A program made the translations under genes and the position numbers. This document shows, in pieces, positions 25,083 to 34,532 of a stretch of 64,000 nt of DNA; within the stretch, counting starts at the first letter, position 1; every line of letters starts with the position of its first letter. Source of the stretch: Bacteroidales bacterium. GTDB lineage: Bacteria > Bacteroidota > Bacteroidia > Bacteroidales > UBA3663. The DNA is taken from positions 5,127-69,126 of the forward strand of contig JAFWRO010000058.1 in NCBI GenBank assembly GCA_017519885.1, in the 5' to 3' direction. The notes beneath the pieces were generated by a model that made no database searches, had not been told where the DNA came from, and saw only the letters and a list, made by a program, of their open reading frames with translations.

Positions 25083-25649
25083 ATGGAAAAAGACCCGATG
25101 CAATGGGAAGTGCTTGACAGCGAATACCTCTTCAAGCGTCCCTGGCTGACCGCAAGACGCGAACACGTGAAACTGCCCACAGGAGCCGAAATACAGGATT
25201 TCTACATCTTGGAGTATCCAGATTTCTGTAACGTCATCGCCATCACCAAGGAAGGACATTTCGTACTCGAACGGCAATATCGTCATGCCCAACAAATCAC
25301 AGGCTACGAGATTCCCGCAGGATGTGTCGAGCCAGGGGAAGATGCGATGGAAGGCGCCAAGCGCGAACTTTATGAAGAGACTGGTTATTCAGGCGGCGAA
25401 TGGCGTCATTTCATGACCATCAGTCCCAATCCTGGAACATGCACCAACTACAGTCATACGTTCCTCGCCATCGGCGTGGAGAAGGTATCTACACAACATC
25501 TGGAGGAATCGGAAGACATCCGTATCGAACTTTTCAGCGAGGAAGAAGTCTTCGACATGCTCCAACGAGGAGAGTTTCATCAAGCCATGATGGTCGCTCC
25601 GCTGTGGAAATACTTTGCTGAAAAGCACAGCCAAAATAACCCTTTATAG
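25083..25649 (+). CDS. NUDIX hydrolase
   Basis: Nudix box GCVEPGEDAMEGAKRELYEETG. Confidence 0.85.
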   Translation: MEKDPMQWEVLDSEYLFKRPWLTARREHVKLPTGAEIQDFYILEYPDFCNVIAITKEGHFVLERQYRHAQQITGYEIPAGCVEPGEDAMEGAKRELYEETGYSGGEWRHFMTISPNPGTCTNYSHTFLAIGVEKVSTQHLEESEDIRIELFSEEEVFDMLQRGEFHQAMMVAPLWKYFAEKHSQNNPL

Positions 25650-25713
25650 CCCATTTGTTATCGTCAGCAGCCAAGCTTGGCTGCTTGCAAAACAACCATA
25701 CAAAACCGCCCCA

Positions 25714-26322
25714 ATGATCAAAGCCCTAATATTCGACTTCGGCAAGGTGCTCGTCGATTACGACTTCGCACATATCATCGACCCGCTCTTTGACAACGAG
25801 GAGGACAGACAGGAGTTCTACACCTTCTTCGCCTCGTTGGAGTTCATCAACGAACTGGATCGCGAAGTCACCCCTTTTATCGACATCATCCGCCGCAAAC
25901 AACAGGAGTATCCTAAATACACCGAGCAACTTCAAGTATTTTTCGACAAGTACGTGGATTTCGTGACGGGTGAAGTGCCTGGCATGAAATTGCTTTTGGA
26001 AGAACTAAAGGCCAGTGGTTTCGAACTCTATGGCCTCACCAACTGGAGCAGCAAGGTGCATCAGGTGATGAAGAACTACGACATCTTCGATCTGCTCGAC
26101 GGACAGGTCATCTCGTCGGAAGTGCATCTTCTCAAGCCAGAGCCCGAGATTTACGAACATTTGCTCGAAAAGTTCGACCTCCAAGCAGAAGAATGCGTCT
26201 TCACCGACGACAAGGCCATCAATGTCGAAGGTGCAGCGAAAGTTGGTATGCACGGCATCGTCTTCCATGATGCGGCACAATATGTACACGAACTGAAGGC
26301 AATTATCGAACAATCCGCATGA
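25714..26322 (+). CDS. HAD-superfamily hydrolase
   Basis: Start moved to MIKALIFDFGKVLVD (motif I). LTNWS (motif II). FTDDKAINVEGA (motif IV). Confidence 0.8.
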   Translation: MIKALIFDFGKVLVDYDFAHIIDPLFDNEEDRQEFYTFFASLEFINELDREVTPFIDIIRRKQQEYPKYTEQLQVFFDKYVDFVTGEVPGMKLLLEELKASGFELYGLTNWSSKVHQVMKNYDIFDLLDGQVISSEVHLLKPEPEIYEHLLEKFDLQAEECVFTDDKAINVEGAAKVGMHGIVFHDAAQYVHELKAIIEQSA

Positions 26323-27434
26323 AGAAATACATCGGCATCCGTTACGCCAAGGCTGAACGTTTTGGAAAACCAATACCTACCCCCGACCTACGGTCGGTGG
26401 ACGATGTTGAGTGCCGGGTGACCATCTGCCCACAGAATCCTTCGAGACTCGACACATTGCTCGGACTCATGTCGAGCGGAGAAGAGCAGAGCGAGGATTG
26501 CTTGCGGCTCTCCATCTTCACAACTTCAACCGATGGCAAGCATCCCGTCCTGGTTTGGATTCATGGAGGGGCTTACTTGACGGGAAGCGGGATGTATCAG
26601 CGCTATGATGCCAGCGAGATTTCGAAACAAGGCGATATCGTCGTAGTCAACATCTCCTATCGTATGGGTGTGTTCGGATTCTATTACGACAAAGGAAAGG
26701 ATATCGTGAACCTCGGCCTGCAGGATCAGGTCTGCGCCCTGCAATGGATTCAACGGAACATCCGTCTCTTCGGTGGTGATCCTGAGCAGGTGACCGTCTT
26801 CGGACAATCAGCGGGAGCTCATAGTGTACTTTGTCATATTGCCCAACAGAAGCAAGTGCTTTTCCAAAAGGCTATCATCGCCAGTGCACCATTCATTCCC
26901 GCTACTTCCAAGGCACAAGCCAAGAGGACTCGCAAGTTCCTTTCTTTCCTCAACGACGACCCCAAGACAGCCCAGCTTACGAAGATGCTCGAAGCACAAT
27001 ATAACGCTTCGCACGGCACCCTTGGCGGTATGCCTTTTGCGCCCGTCTGCACCGACATCAAGGCACCCGAACAAATCATTCCTGGGCTGAAATCCGTTCT
27101 TATCTGGACGCAACAGGACGATGCCCTGCCCTTCGTTCCTTTCCGTTTCCTGAATGGCATCGTGACAAGGATCGTCTTTCGCTGGCCAGCCGAGAAATAT
27201 GCGAAACATCTTGAAAAGAAAGGTGTGAAAACGGAAACGTGGTTGCTGGATTGGAGACACGGACAATCATCATTCGGGGCCATACATTGCCTGGAATTAC
27301 CCTTGATCTTCGGAACGTGGGAGCAATGGAAGGATGCACCCTTCCTGGAGGGTGTGAGCAGGCAGGAATATGAAGAAAAAGGCGCTGCATTCAAGCAGCG
27401 CCTCATAGAGTTTGTATCAGCCAAACTTGGCTGA
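26319..27434 (+). CDS. carboxylesterase type-B family protein
   Basis: EDCLRLSIF, VWIHGGAY and nucleophile elbow FGQSAGA. ATGA overlap with the HAD gene. Confidence 0.8.
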   Translation: MKKYIGIRYAKAERFGKPIPTPDLRSVDDVECRVTICPQNPSRLDTLLGLMSSGEEQSEDCLRLSIFTTSTDGKHPVLVWIHGGAYLTGSGMYQRYDASEISKQGDIVVVNISYRMGVFGFYYDKGKDIVNLGLQDQVCALQWIQRNIRLFGGDPEQVTVFGQSAGAHSVLCHIAQQKQVLFQKAIIASAPFIPATSKAQAKRTRKFLSFLNDDPKTAQLTKMLEAQYNASHGTLGGMPFAPVCTDIKAPEQIIPGLKSVLIWTQQDDALPFVPFRFLNGIVTRIVFRWPAEKYAKHLEKKGVKTETWLLDWRHGQSSFGAIHCLELPLIFGTWEQWKDAPFLEGVSRQEYEEKGAAFKQRLIEFVSAKLG

Positions 27435-27460
27435 TGACACCGACAAACAAACAGGACAAA

Positions 27461-27505
27461 CAATCAATTGTTAACTGTTATTTGTTAATTGTTATTTAGT
27501 TAACC
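27461..27505. repeat. family A spacer repeat, instance A4
   Basis: caatcaattgttaactgttatttgttaattgttatttagttaacc, between convergent genes. It supplies the glnA stop. Confidence 0.85.
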
Positions 27506-29011
27506 GTTGTCGATATTAGTCATCACGTAGTTGAGGAGTTTCTCGGGCGAAGCCATGAGTTCCTGGCGGGTGTGCTTGTCGTCGAAGCTCTTGAGATACT
27601 TGATGGTGTAGTCGATGATCGAGTCGCTGAACACACCTTCCGAACTGTAGATGGCACGATCCTTGTTGAGCTCATCGGCAGCCTCTTCACATGAACCGGG
27701 CAATTGCTCGAGTGCTTCCTGCACTTGGCGGTTGCTCTTGTCGTGAATATTCACACCGAGATCGACGTAGGTGCGTTCGGCCACCTCAAGTGCATCAGGC
27801 ATCTCGAAGCCGTGACGAGCGGCACAGCAAAGAGCAGCCATCAGCAGATAGGTGTCGGCCATACCGTCGGAAGCACGCCATTCGAAGGTCTGCTTGATGG
27901 CAAGGTCTTTGTTGAGCGGTTTCTCGCAGGGATTGACCTTGCTGGCCATATCCATTTCGGTCTGCCATCCGAGAGGAACGCGCACCAGAGCAGAACGATT
28001 ACTGAATGACCAGCACAACGAAGTCGGAGCCTCCTGATGGGGCACAAGACGCATGAATGAAAGTGGATGGGGATTACCAAAGGCGGGCAGTGATGTGCCT
28101 GCATCCATATAACCAGCAATAGCACGGCGTGCATTGTCGCTAAGTTTTCCGTTTTCAAGCATCATGCTCTTACCATCCTTGGTGAAGCGGCAATGCACGT
28201 GCATACCCGAACCAGCCTTGCCCACGGTGATCTTGGGCGCAAAGGTCAACTCTACACCATATTGATAAGCCAACTGACGCATGATCCACTTGGCAATGAC
28301 TAACTGGTCGGCAGCGTCTTCGATGTTGGTCGGCAGGAATTCAATCTCATTCTGCTCATAAATCTTTCCATCCTCGGTGAAGTTGCCCACCTCGGAATGT
28401 CCGTACTTGATCTCGCCTCCGCACTCGGCAATCAGCTTCATGGCCTCGGTGCGCAGTTCAGCGAACTTGTTGAACGGTGCACTCTCGTGGTAACCACGCT
28501 GGTCCTCGACTTGATAGAGGGGATCCTGTTCGCCGATGACGTAGTATTCCAGTTCGCCCATCGTCTCCATCTGCATACCCGTCTTGCGGATGAAAGCCTC
28601 ATTGGCCTTGTGCAGAATATACTGGGGTGATGACTCGAAGAATTCGCCATCACGATCGAGGAAAGCGCAGAGCACGTCGAGAGAAGGTTCCTCGGCAAAA
28701 GGATTGACGAAAGCCGTCTTGTAACGAGGCATCACGTAAAGGTCCGAACGTCCGGCCTCCACAAAGGGGAACAGGCTGGAACCATCGACACGTTCGCCAG
28801 CCTCAAGGATACCACGCAGATGCTCCTCGCTCTGGATTACGAAATTCAGTGTCTTCAAGCGACCGCCCCAACCGCAATAATGGAAATTGATGAAGCGAAT
28901 GTCGTTCTCTTTGCAATAGTTGATGAGGTCCTCACGGGTGAAATCCTTGGGCTCCTTCTTCAAGAAACGCACCAATGGATTGGGACTCATCGAAATCTTG
29001 GAATTACTCAT
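27500..29011 (-). CDS. glnA: glutamine synthetase (~500-aa form)
   Basis: Start moved to MSNSKISMSPNPL. Beta-grasp N-domain plus catalytic KAGSGMHVH, SNRSALVRVP and YGHSEV motifs. Confidence 0.85.
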   Translation of the reverse strand: MSNSKISMSPNPLVRFLKKEPKDFTREDLINYCKENDIRFINFHYCGWGGRLKTLNFVIQSEEHLRGILEAGERVDGSSLFPFVEAGRSDLYVMPRYKTAFVNPFAEEPSLDVLCAFLDRDGEFFESSPQYILHKANEAFIRKTGMQMETMGELEYYVIGEQDPLYQVEDQRGYHESAPFNKFAELRTEAMKLIAECGGEIKYGHSEVGNFTEDGKIYEQNEIEFLPTNIEDAADQLVIAKWIMRQLAYQYGVELTFAPKITVGKAGSGMHVHCRFTKDGKSMMLENGKLSDNARRAIAGYMDAGTSLPAFGNPHPLSFMRLVPHQEAPTSLCWSFSNRSALVRVPLGWQTEMDMASKVNPCEKPLNKDLAIKQTFEWRASDGMADTYLLMAALCCAARHGFEMPDALEVAERTYVDLGVNIHDKSNRQVQEALEQLPGSCEEAADELNKDRAIYSSEGVFSDSIIDYTIKYLKSFDDKHTRQELMASPEKLLNYVMTNIDNG

Positions 29012-29053
29012 AATCAATCTGAAATTGTTGTTTGGAATAAGTGATTGAGGGCG

Positions 29054-29061
29054 CAAAGGTA
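29054..29061 (-). promoter_or_regulatory. -7 box TACCTTTG for glnA
   Basis: 43 nt upstream of the ATG at 29011. Confidence 0.55.
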
Positions 29062-29208
29062 AGGATAAACATTCATTTTGCCAAACATCGGCACGTTTTT
29101 CACGCTTTTTACGATGTCTTCGGTAACAAAATGCAAACAGAGATTACATTTATCAAAAAATAACCTAAAATAATCCGCAAAGACTTTGGAAAGAACGCAA
29201 GAAATCAT

Positions 29209-29216
29209 TATCTTTG
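29209..29216 (+). promoter_or_regulatory. -7 box TATCTTTG for the SDR gene
   Basis: 39 nt upstream of the ATG at 29255. Confidence 0.6.
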
Positions 29217-29254
29217 CCCACGAAAAAGGAATTTATGACTTAACCCCCACATTT

Positions 29255-30277
29255 ATGAAAGCACTATTTATCGGAGGAACTGGCACTATCAGTTCGGCAA
29301 TCACAAGGCTGGTGGCACAGACACCCGGCTGGGAACTTTATCTTCTGAACCGTGGCACCCACAAGAATGAAGTGCCCAAAAACGTAAAGACCATCATCGC
29401 TGACATCAACGACGAAGCCGCTGCCGAAATGGCACTTGCAGGCATGTCGTTCGATGTGGTTTGTGACTTTATCGGATTCGTTCCCGAACAGGTGGAACGC
29501 GACTATCGTCTTTTCAAGGGTCGCACGAAACAATTCATGTATATCAGTTCGGCCTCAGCCTACCACAAACCACTCTCCTCGCCTATCATCAACGAAGGCA
29601 CCACGCTAGCTAATCCCTATTGGGAATATTCGCGGAACAAGATTGCATGCGAGGAACTGCTGATGCGTCATTATCGCGAAGAGCAATTCCCAATCACCAT
29701 CATCCGCCCCAGCCATACCTATTGCGAACGCGGTGTGCCGGTGGCTGTTCACGGAAACAAGGGCAGTTGGTCAGTTCTGAAACGAATGCTCGAAGGGAAA
29801 CCGGTCATCATCCCAGGTGATGGAACTACACTTTGGACCCTGACGCATAACTCTGATTTCGCTAAAGCTTTCGTCGGCCTGATGGGCAACAAGCACGCCA
29901 TCGGCGAGGCATTCCAGATTACGGGTGACGAAAGCCTGACGTGGAACCAGATCCACGAGATCATTGCCAACATCCTTGGTGTAGAGCTAAAAGCATACCA
30001 CGTCTCGTCGGACTTCCTGGCATCCGTAGGCTCACAGTACGACCTCTATGGCGGTCTGCTCGGCGACAAGGCTTGCACTGTAATCTTCGACAACACGAAA
30101 CTGAAACGTGCCGTGCCCGAATTCGTGGCCACCGTCCGTTTCGACCAAGGTGCACGCATGGTCATTGAGCACATTCTGGCTCATCCGGAATTTCAGCAGG
30201 AAGATCCCGAGTTTGACGCTTGGTGTGACAAAATCATCGAGGCTTTAGAAGAAGCAAAAGGAAAATTATTATCTTAA
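29255..30277 (+). CDS. NAD-dependent epimerase/dehydratase family (extended SDR) protein
   Basis: Start moved to MKALFIGGTGTISS (GxxGxxG). YxxxK region YEYSRNK. Confidence 0.8.
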   Translation: MKALFIGGTGTISSAITRLVAQTPGWELYLLNRGTHKNEVPKNVKTIIADINDEAAAEMALAGMSFDVVCDFIGFVPEQVERDYRLFKGRTKQFMYISSASAYHKPLSSPIINEGTTLANPYWEYSRNKIACEELLMRHYREEQFPITIIRPSHTYCERGVPVAVHGNKGSWSVLKRMLEGKPVIIPGDGTTLWTLTHNSDFAKAFVGLMGNKHAIGEAFQITGDESLTWNQIHEIIANILGVELKAYHVSSDFLASVGSQYDLYGGLLGDKACTVIFDNTKLKRAVPEFVATVRFDQGARMVIEHILAHPEFQQEDPEFDAWCDKIIEALEEAKGKLLS

Positions 30278-30412
30278 GGATTCTAAGGGATATGAAGGGA
30301 TTCTAAGGGATTTTAAGGATATAAGTTTCTTGGGCCCCTTCTCTCAACAGGGCGGAAGTAACGTCCCCAAATATCCCTTAATATCCCCAAATATCCCTTA
30401 TTATCCTTTAAT
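30274..30412. repeat. family C spacer element, instance C2 (inverted arms around a ~40-bp core)
   Basis: Left arm ttaaggattctaagggatatgaagggattctaagggattttaaggat. Right arm ccccaaatatcccttaatatccccaaatatcccttattatcctttaat. Confidence 0.9.
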
Positions 30413-30420
30413 AACCATTT

Positions 30421-31212
30421 ATGTTCATAGGTATCGATCTGGGCATCAGCGCCACCAAAATCATTTCGCTGAACGGTAAAGAGACCTGTTGCGAAGAAAT
30501 CTGGGAAGATCGTTTCTCGGAGGACAAGCTGCAGAACTATCTGAAACGTCATCACATCGAAGCAACAGACATCGAGCACTTCGCCTTGACGGGAGTGGGC
30601 AATGATCAGTTCGGGGACTCGCTCCTCGGCTTTCCTGCAATTCACGTGGATGAGTTCGACGCCAATGCCAAGGCGGCGCGCTGGCTTTGCAAGGACGAGA
30701 CATTCATCGTGGTGTCGCTGGGCACAGGCACCAGTTTTGTACTGCTTGATGGTCCAACATCAAAGCACCTTGGAGGCAGCGCTCTTGGTGGAGGTTCGCT
30801 CTATGGACTGTTCCGACTGATGCTTCCCGGTGTCGATTATTCGCAATTCCGTTCGTTGGCTGCGAAAGGCTCCTTGTCCAATATCGACCTTGAGATTGGC
30901 GACGTCAGCAAAGAAGCCTTGCCCAATCTTCCCCTCGACGTGACGGCCACCAACTTCGGCAAAGCGAGCCCCGACTCCAAGCCCGAAGATATTGCTGCCG
31001 GACTCGTGAACCTCGTTCTGCAGAACATCGGCGTGATGGCCCACCTTGCAGGCAAGGGATTCGGCATCCGAACCTTCGTCTGCATCGGTCGAATGACCAC
31101 TTTGCCCCATGTCCGTGAGATATTCGACCGTCTTGAGCGACTCTACAAGATCCATCTGCTCATTCCCAAGGATGCTACCTTTATGACAGCCATCGGCGCT
31201 GCACTTTCGTAA
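30421..31212 (+). CDS. type II pantothenate kinase-like ASKHA kinase (CoaW-like)
   Basis: IGIDLGISATK (phosphate 1), SLGTGTSF, GGSALGGGS, DLEIGDV...TATNFG and C-terminal MTAIGAAL. These are collinear with staphylococcal CoaW as I recall it. Confidence 0.65.
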   Translation: MFIGIDLGISATKIISLNGKETCCEEIWEDRFSEDKLQNYLKRHHIEATDIEHFALTGVGNDQFGDSLLGFPAIHVDEFDANAKAARWLCKDETFIVVSLGTGTSFVLLDGPTSKHLGGSALGGGSLYGLFRLMLPGVDYSQFRSLAAKGSLSNIDLEIGDVSKEALPNLPLDVTATNFGKASPDSKPEDIAAGLVNLVLQNIGVMAHLAGKGFGIRTFVCIGRMTTLPHVREIFDRLERLYKIHLLIPKDATFMTAIGAALS

Positions 31213-31224
31213 AAACTATTAATA

Positions 31225-31980
31225 ATGACAATTGTTTGGATCAGTGCCGCCGGGTTGTGCGGCGCGACGCTCATCGGTTCGTTGCTGGGATTTCTGATCA
31301 AGGAGCTCCCGCACATGTGGAAAGATGCCACGTTAGGCTATTGCGCCGGCGTGATGCTTGCCGCGGCTACTCTGGGCCTCATCGTCCCAGCCTTTGATAT
31401 GGTCGAAGGGTGGAGCAACTGGATTGTAGTGGTCGGCGTGATGGGTGGAGCGCTTTTCCTCAATGTGCTCGACTATGTGACTCCACACCTCCATCAGATT
31501 ACGGGCCTTGACCCCGAGACACATGCCAACAACAGCACCATCAACCACATCCTGCTTTTCGTCATGGCCATCGCCATCCACAAACTGCCCGAAGGCATGG
31601 CAGCTGGTGTGAGCATGAACGACATGGGTTCGGGTGAAACATCCTGGTCTGTCACCTTCGGCATTGCTCTGCAGAACGTACCCGAAGGCATGGTGGTCAT
31701 TGCACCTCTCCTATTGGCTGGTGTCTCCAAGATACGAACCTTCCTGATTTCGCTTGCTATCGGTCTGCTCGAAATCGTTGGAGTCTGGATTGGCTACGCT
31801 TTGGGTGCTGCCTCCGAGGCATTTCTCCCAGTAATGCTCGGATTTGCCGGTGGAGCCATGCTCTACGTGACGTCGGACGAGATGATTCCCGAAACCCACG
31901 CGCATGGCTATCAGAAACAGGCGACCTACGCACTGGTTCTCGGATTTGTAACGCTGATCCTACTCGAAAAAATAATCTAA
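31225..31980 (+). CDS. ZIP family divalent-metal transporter
   Basis: HKLPEGMA and LQNVPEGM motifs, 8 hydrophobic helices. Confidence 0.85.
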   Translation: MTIVWISAAGLCGATLIGSLLGFLIKELPHMWKDATLGYCAGVMLAAATLGLIVPAFDMVEGWSNWIVVVGVMGGALFLNVLDYVTPHLHQITGLDPETHANNSTINHILLFVMAIAIHKLPEGMAAGVSMNDMGSGETSWSVTFGIALQNVPEGMVVIAPLLLAGVSKIRTFLISLAIGLLEIVGVWIGYALGAASEAFLPVMLGFAGGAMLYVTSDEMIPETHAHGYQKQATYALVLGFVTLILLEKII

Positions 31981-31982
31981 TC

Positions 31983-32030
31983 AAATAACAATTAACAATT
32001 AACAATTAATAATTAATAATTAACAATTTT
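31983..32030. repeat. family A spacer repeat, instance A5
   Basis: aaataacaattaacaattaacaattaataattaataattaacaatttt. Confidence 0.9.
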
Positions 32031-32045
32031 GCAACTGAATCAATC

Positions 32046-32843
32046 ATGAAAAAAGTATTTATGACCCTCATGTTGCTGTGCTGCACCTTAGCAGCCATGG
32101 CACAGTATGCTCGCATCAACGACATTCCTTACAGCACAGACCCTGATGCCTATGCACAAGAGCGTTGCAAACTCGATGTGTATTATCCTACCGACGTAAA
32201 GGATGCTCCCGTTGTGGTATGGTTCCACGGTGGTGGCCTCGAAGCCGGCAACAAACACATCGACGCAGAACTCGAGAACTGCGGACTTGTGGTCGTTTCG
32301 GTCAACTATCGTCTACTTCCTAAGGCAACAATCGACCAGTGTATCGACGATGCTGCCGCAGCCGTAGCATGGACGTTCAAGCATTGCACCGAGTACAATG
32401 GAAGTCCGAACAAGATCTTCGTCTCCGGACATTCGGCAGGTGGTTACCTGACCGACATGATTGGCCTCGACAAGAAGTGGCTCGCCAAGTACGACGTAGA
32501 TCCTGATTCTATCGCAGCCCTCGTTCCTTTCAGCGGACAGGTGATTACCCATTTCAACGTACGCAAACAGAAGGGACTGACGCCCTTCCAGCCACTTATC
32601 GACGAGTATGCCCCGCTCACCTTCTGTCGTCCCGACGCACCTCCCGTTGTCATCGTTTCAGGAGACCGTGAACTCGAACTCTACGGCCGTTACGAAGAGC
32701 AGGCCTACTTCTGGCGCTTGCTCAAGATGGTGGGCCACAAGGACGTGGAACTTTACGAGATGCAGGGTTACAACCACGGCGAGATGGCTCATCCTGCCTA
32801 CCACATCCTGAAGAAGACCATCAAGCGAGTGTGTGAAAAATAA
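32046..32843 (+). CDS. secreted alpha/beta-hydrolase esterase
   Basis: Signal peptide. Oxyanion VWFHGGG and nucleophile elbow GHSAGG. Confidence 0.8.
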   Translation: MKKVFMTLMLLCCTLAAMAQYARINDIPYSTDPDAYAQERCKLDVYYPTDVKDAPVVVWFHGGGLEAGNKHIDAELENCGLVVVSVNYRLLPKATIDQCIDDAAAAVAWTFKHCTEYNGSPNKIFVSGHSAGGYLTDMIGLDKKWLAKYDVDPDSIAALVPFSGQVITHFNVRKQKGLTPFQPLIDEYAPLTFCRPDAPPVVIVSGDRELELYGRYEEQAYFWRLLKMVGHKDVELYEMQGYNHGEMAHPAYHILKKTIKRVCEK

Positions 32844-32845
32844 AG

Positions 32846-34354
32846 GTGGAAAAGCCACGCACTTACATAGCCATTGATTTGAAGTCGTTCTACGCATCAG
32901 TCGAATGCGTAGAGCGACATCTTGACCCGCTCACAACCAATCTGGTGGTGGCCGACACGAGCCGCACCGAGAAGACCATCTGTCTGGCTGTCTCGCCTTC
33001 GCTCAAGGCGTATGGTATCTCGGGACGCGCCCGTCTTTTCGAAGTCATCCAAAGGCTCAGGGAGGTCAACAATCAGCGACGCCTCCATTCGTCTGGCTTC
33101 CGGCTCACAGGCAAATCGACCTCCGACATCGAACTGCGTCAGCATCCCGACTGGGAAGTCGATTACATTGCTGCCACGCCGCGCATGGCCTATTACATCG
33201 AGTACAGCACGCGCATCTACAAGACCTACCTCAAATACATTGCGCCTGAGGACATCTACGTCTATTCAATCGACGAGGTTTTTATCGATGCCACGCAATA
33301 CTTGCAGTCGTACAAGATGACCGGTCACGAACTGGCTCGCAAGATGATTGCCGACGTGCTCAAGACTACGGGGATCACCGCCACAGCAGGCATTGGCACC
33401 AACATGTATCTTTGCAAGATTGCCATGGACATCGTGGCCAAGCACATCCCTGCCGACAAGGATGGCGTACGTATCGCCGAACTCGACGAGATGTCATATC
33501 GTCGGCAACTTTGGGACCACCGTCCGCTCACCAGTTTCTGGCGCGTAGGCAAAGGCATTGCCCAAAAACTGGAATCGTACGGCATCGACACGATGGGAAA
33601 GATTGCACGCTGCTCGCTACGCAACGAAGAACTCCTTTATAATCTGTTTGGTGTCAATGCCGAACTCCTCATCGACCACGCATGGGGCTGGGAACCTTGC
33701 ACGATGGAAGCCGTGAAGGCTTATCGGCCCGAAACCAATTCGATGAGCCACGGGCAAGTATTGCAGAGTGCCTACGACTGCAAGAAAGCACGCGTCGTGG
33801 TGCAGGAGATGGCTGATGCCATTGCCCTTGAACTTGTCGACAAACGGCTCGTCACCAACCAACTTGTCCTGACCATCAGTTACGACAGCGAGAGTCTTTC
33901 CGACCCACAGATTCGAGCCAAATACCACGGACCAGTCACGATCGACTATTATGGACGGCAGGCGCCGAAGCATGCCCACGGGACGGCAAATCTCGAACGA
34001 ATGACTTCCTCTTCGCGACTGATTACCGAAGCAGTGATGTCGCTTTACGATCGCATCATCAATCCAGATCTATTGGTCCGAAGAATTAACCTCACCACTA
34101 ACAACGTCGTGGAAGAATCGAAGGCAAGCGAACACAACACGCCCATTCAGCTCGACCTCTTCACCGACTACGAGGAACTTGAAAGAAAGATGAACGAGGA
34201 AAAGGCTGCGCTCGAAAAGGAACGCAAGATGCAGGAAGCCGTGCTCAGCATCAAGAAGCGCTTTGGCAAGAACGCCATCTTGAAGGGTCTCAACTACGAG
34301 GAAGGAGCTACGGCAAAAGACCGTAACCAACAGATTGGAGGACACAAGGCTTGA
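32846..34354 (+). CDS. Y-family DNA polymerase (UmuC/UvrX/ImpB-like)
   Basis: GTG start 2 nt after the esterase stop. IAIDLKSFYASVE, SIDEVFID and little-finger region. Confidence 0.85.
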   Translation: MEKPRTYIAIDLKSFYASVECVERHLDPLTTNLVVADTSRTEKTICLAVSPSLKAYGISGRARLFEVIQRLREVNNQRRLHSSGFRLTGKSTSDIELRQHPDWEVDYIAATPRMAYYIEYSTRIYKTYLKYIAPEDIYVYSIDEVFIDATQYLQSYKMTGHELARKMIADVLKTTGITATAGIGTNMYLCKIAMDIVAKHIPADKDGVRIAELDEMSYRRQLWDHRPLTSFWRVGKGIAQKLESYGIDTMGKIARCSLRNEELLYNLFGVNAELLIDHAWGWEPCTMEAVKAYRPETNSMSHGQVLQSAYDCKKARVVVQEMADAIALELVDKRLVTNQLVLTISYDSESLSDPQIRAKYHGPVTIDYYGRQAPKHAHGTANLERMTSSSRLITEAVMSLYDRIINPDLLVRRINLTTNNVVEESKASEHNTPIQLDLFTDYEELERKMNEEKAALEKERKMQEAVLSIKKRFGKNAILKGLNYEEGATAKDRNQQIGGHKA

Positions 34355-34360
34355 ACAATT

Positions 34361-34528
34361 ATGAAAGAATACGACGACATCATCAACCTGCCGCACCACG
34401 TTTCGAAAGTTCATCCGCAGATGAGCATGATGAACCGTGCCGCACAGTTTGCACCCTTTGCTGCCCTGACTGGGCACAATGCTGCCATCGAGGAGGCCGC
34501 AAGAATCTTTGAAGAAGAAAACCCCTAA
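34361..34528 (+). CDS. short YolD-like protein (55 aa, below the ORF-track cutoff)
   Basis: MKEYDDIINLPHHVSKVHPQMSMMNRAAQFAPFAALTGHNAAIEEAARIFEEENP. The LPHH.S..HP.MS...RAAQF.PFAALTG motif is as in YolD-like partners of Y-family polymerases. Sits 6 nt after the polymerase stop and 4 nt before the MATE ATG. Confidence 0.55.
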   Translation: MKEYDDIINLPHHVSKVHPQMSMMNRAAQFAPFAALTGHNAAIEEAARIFEEENP

Positions 34529-34532
34529 TCGA

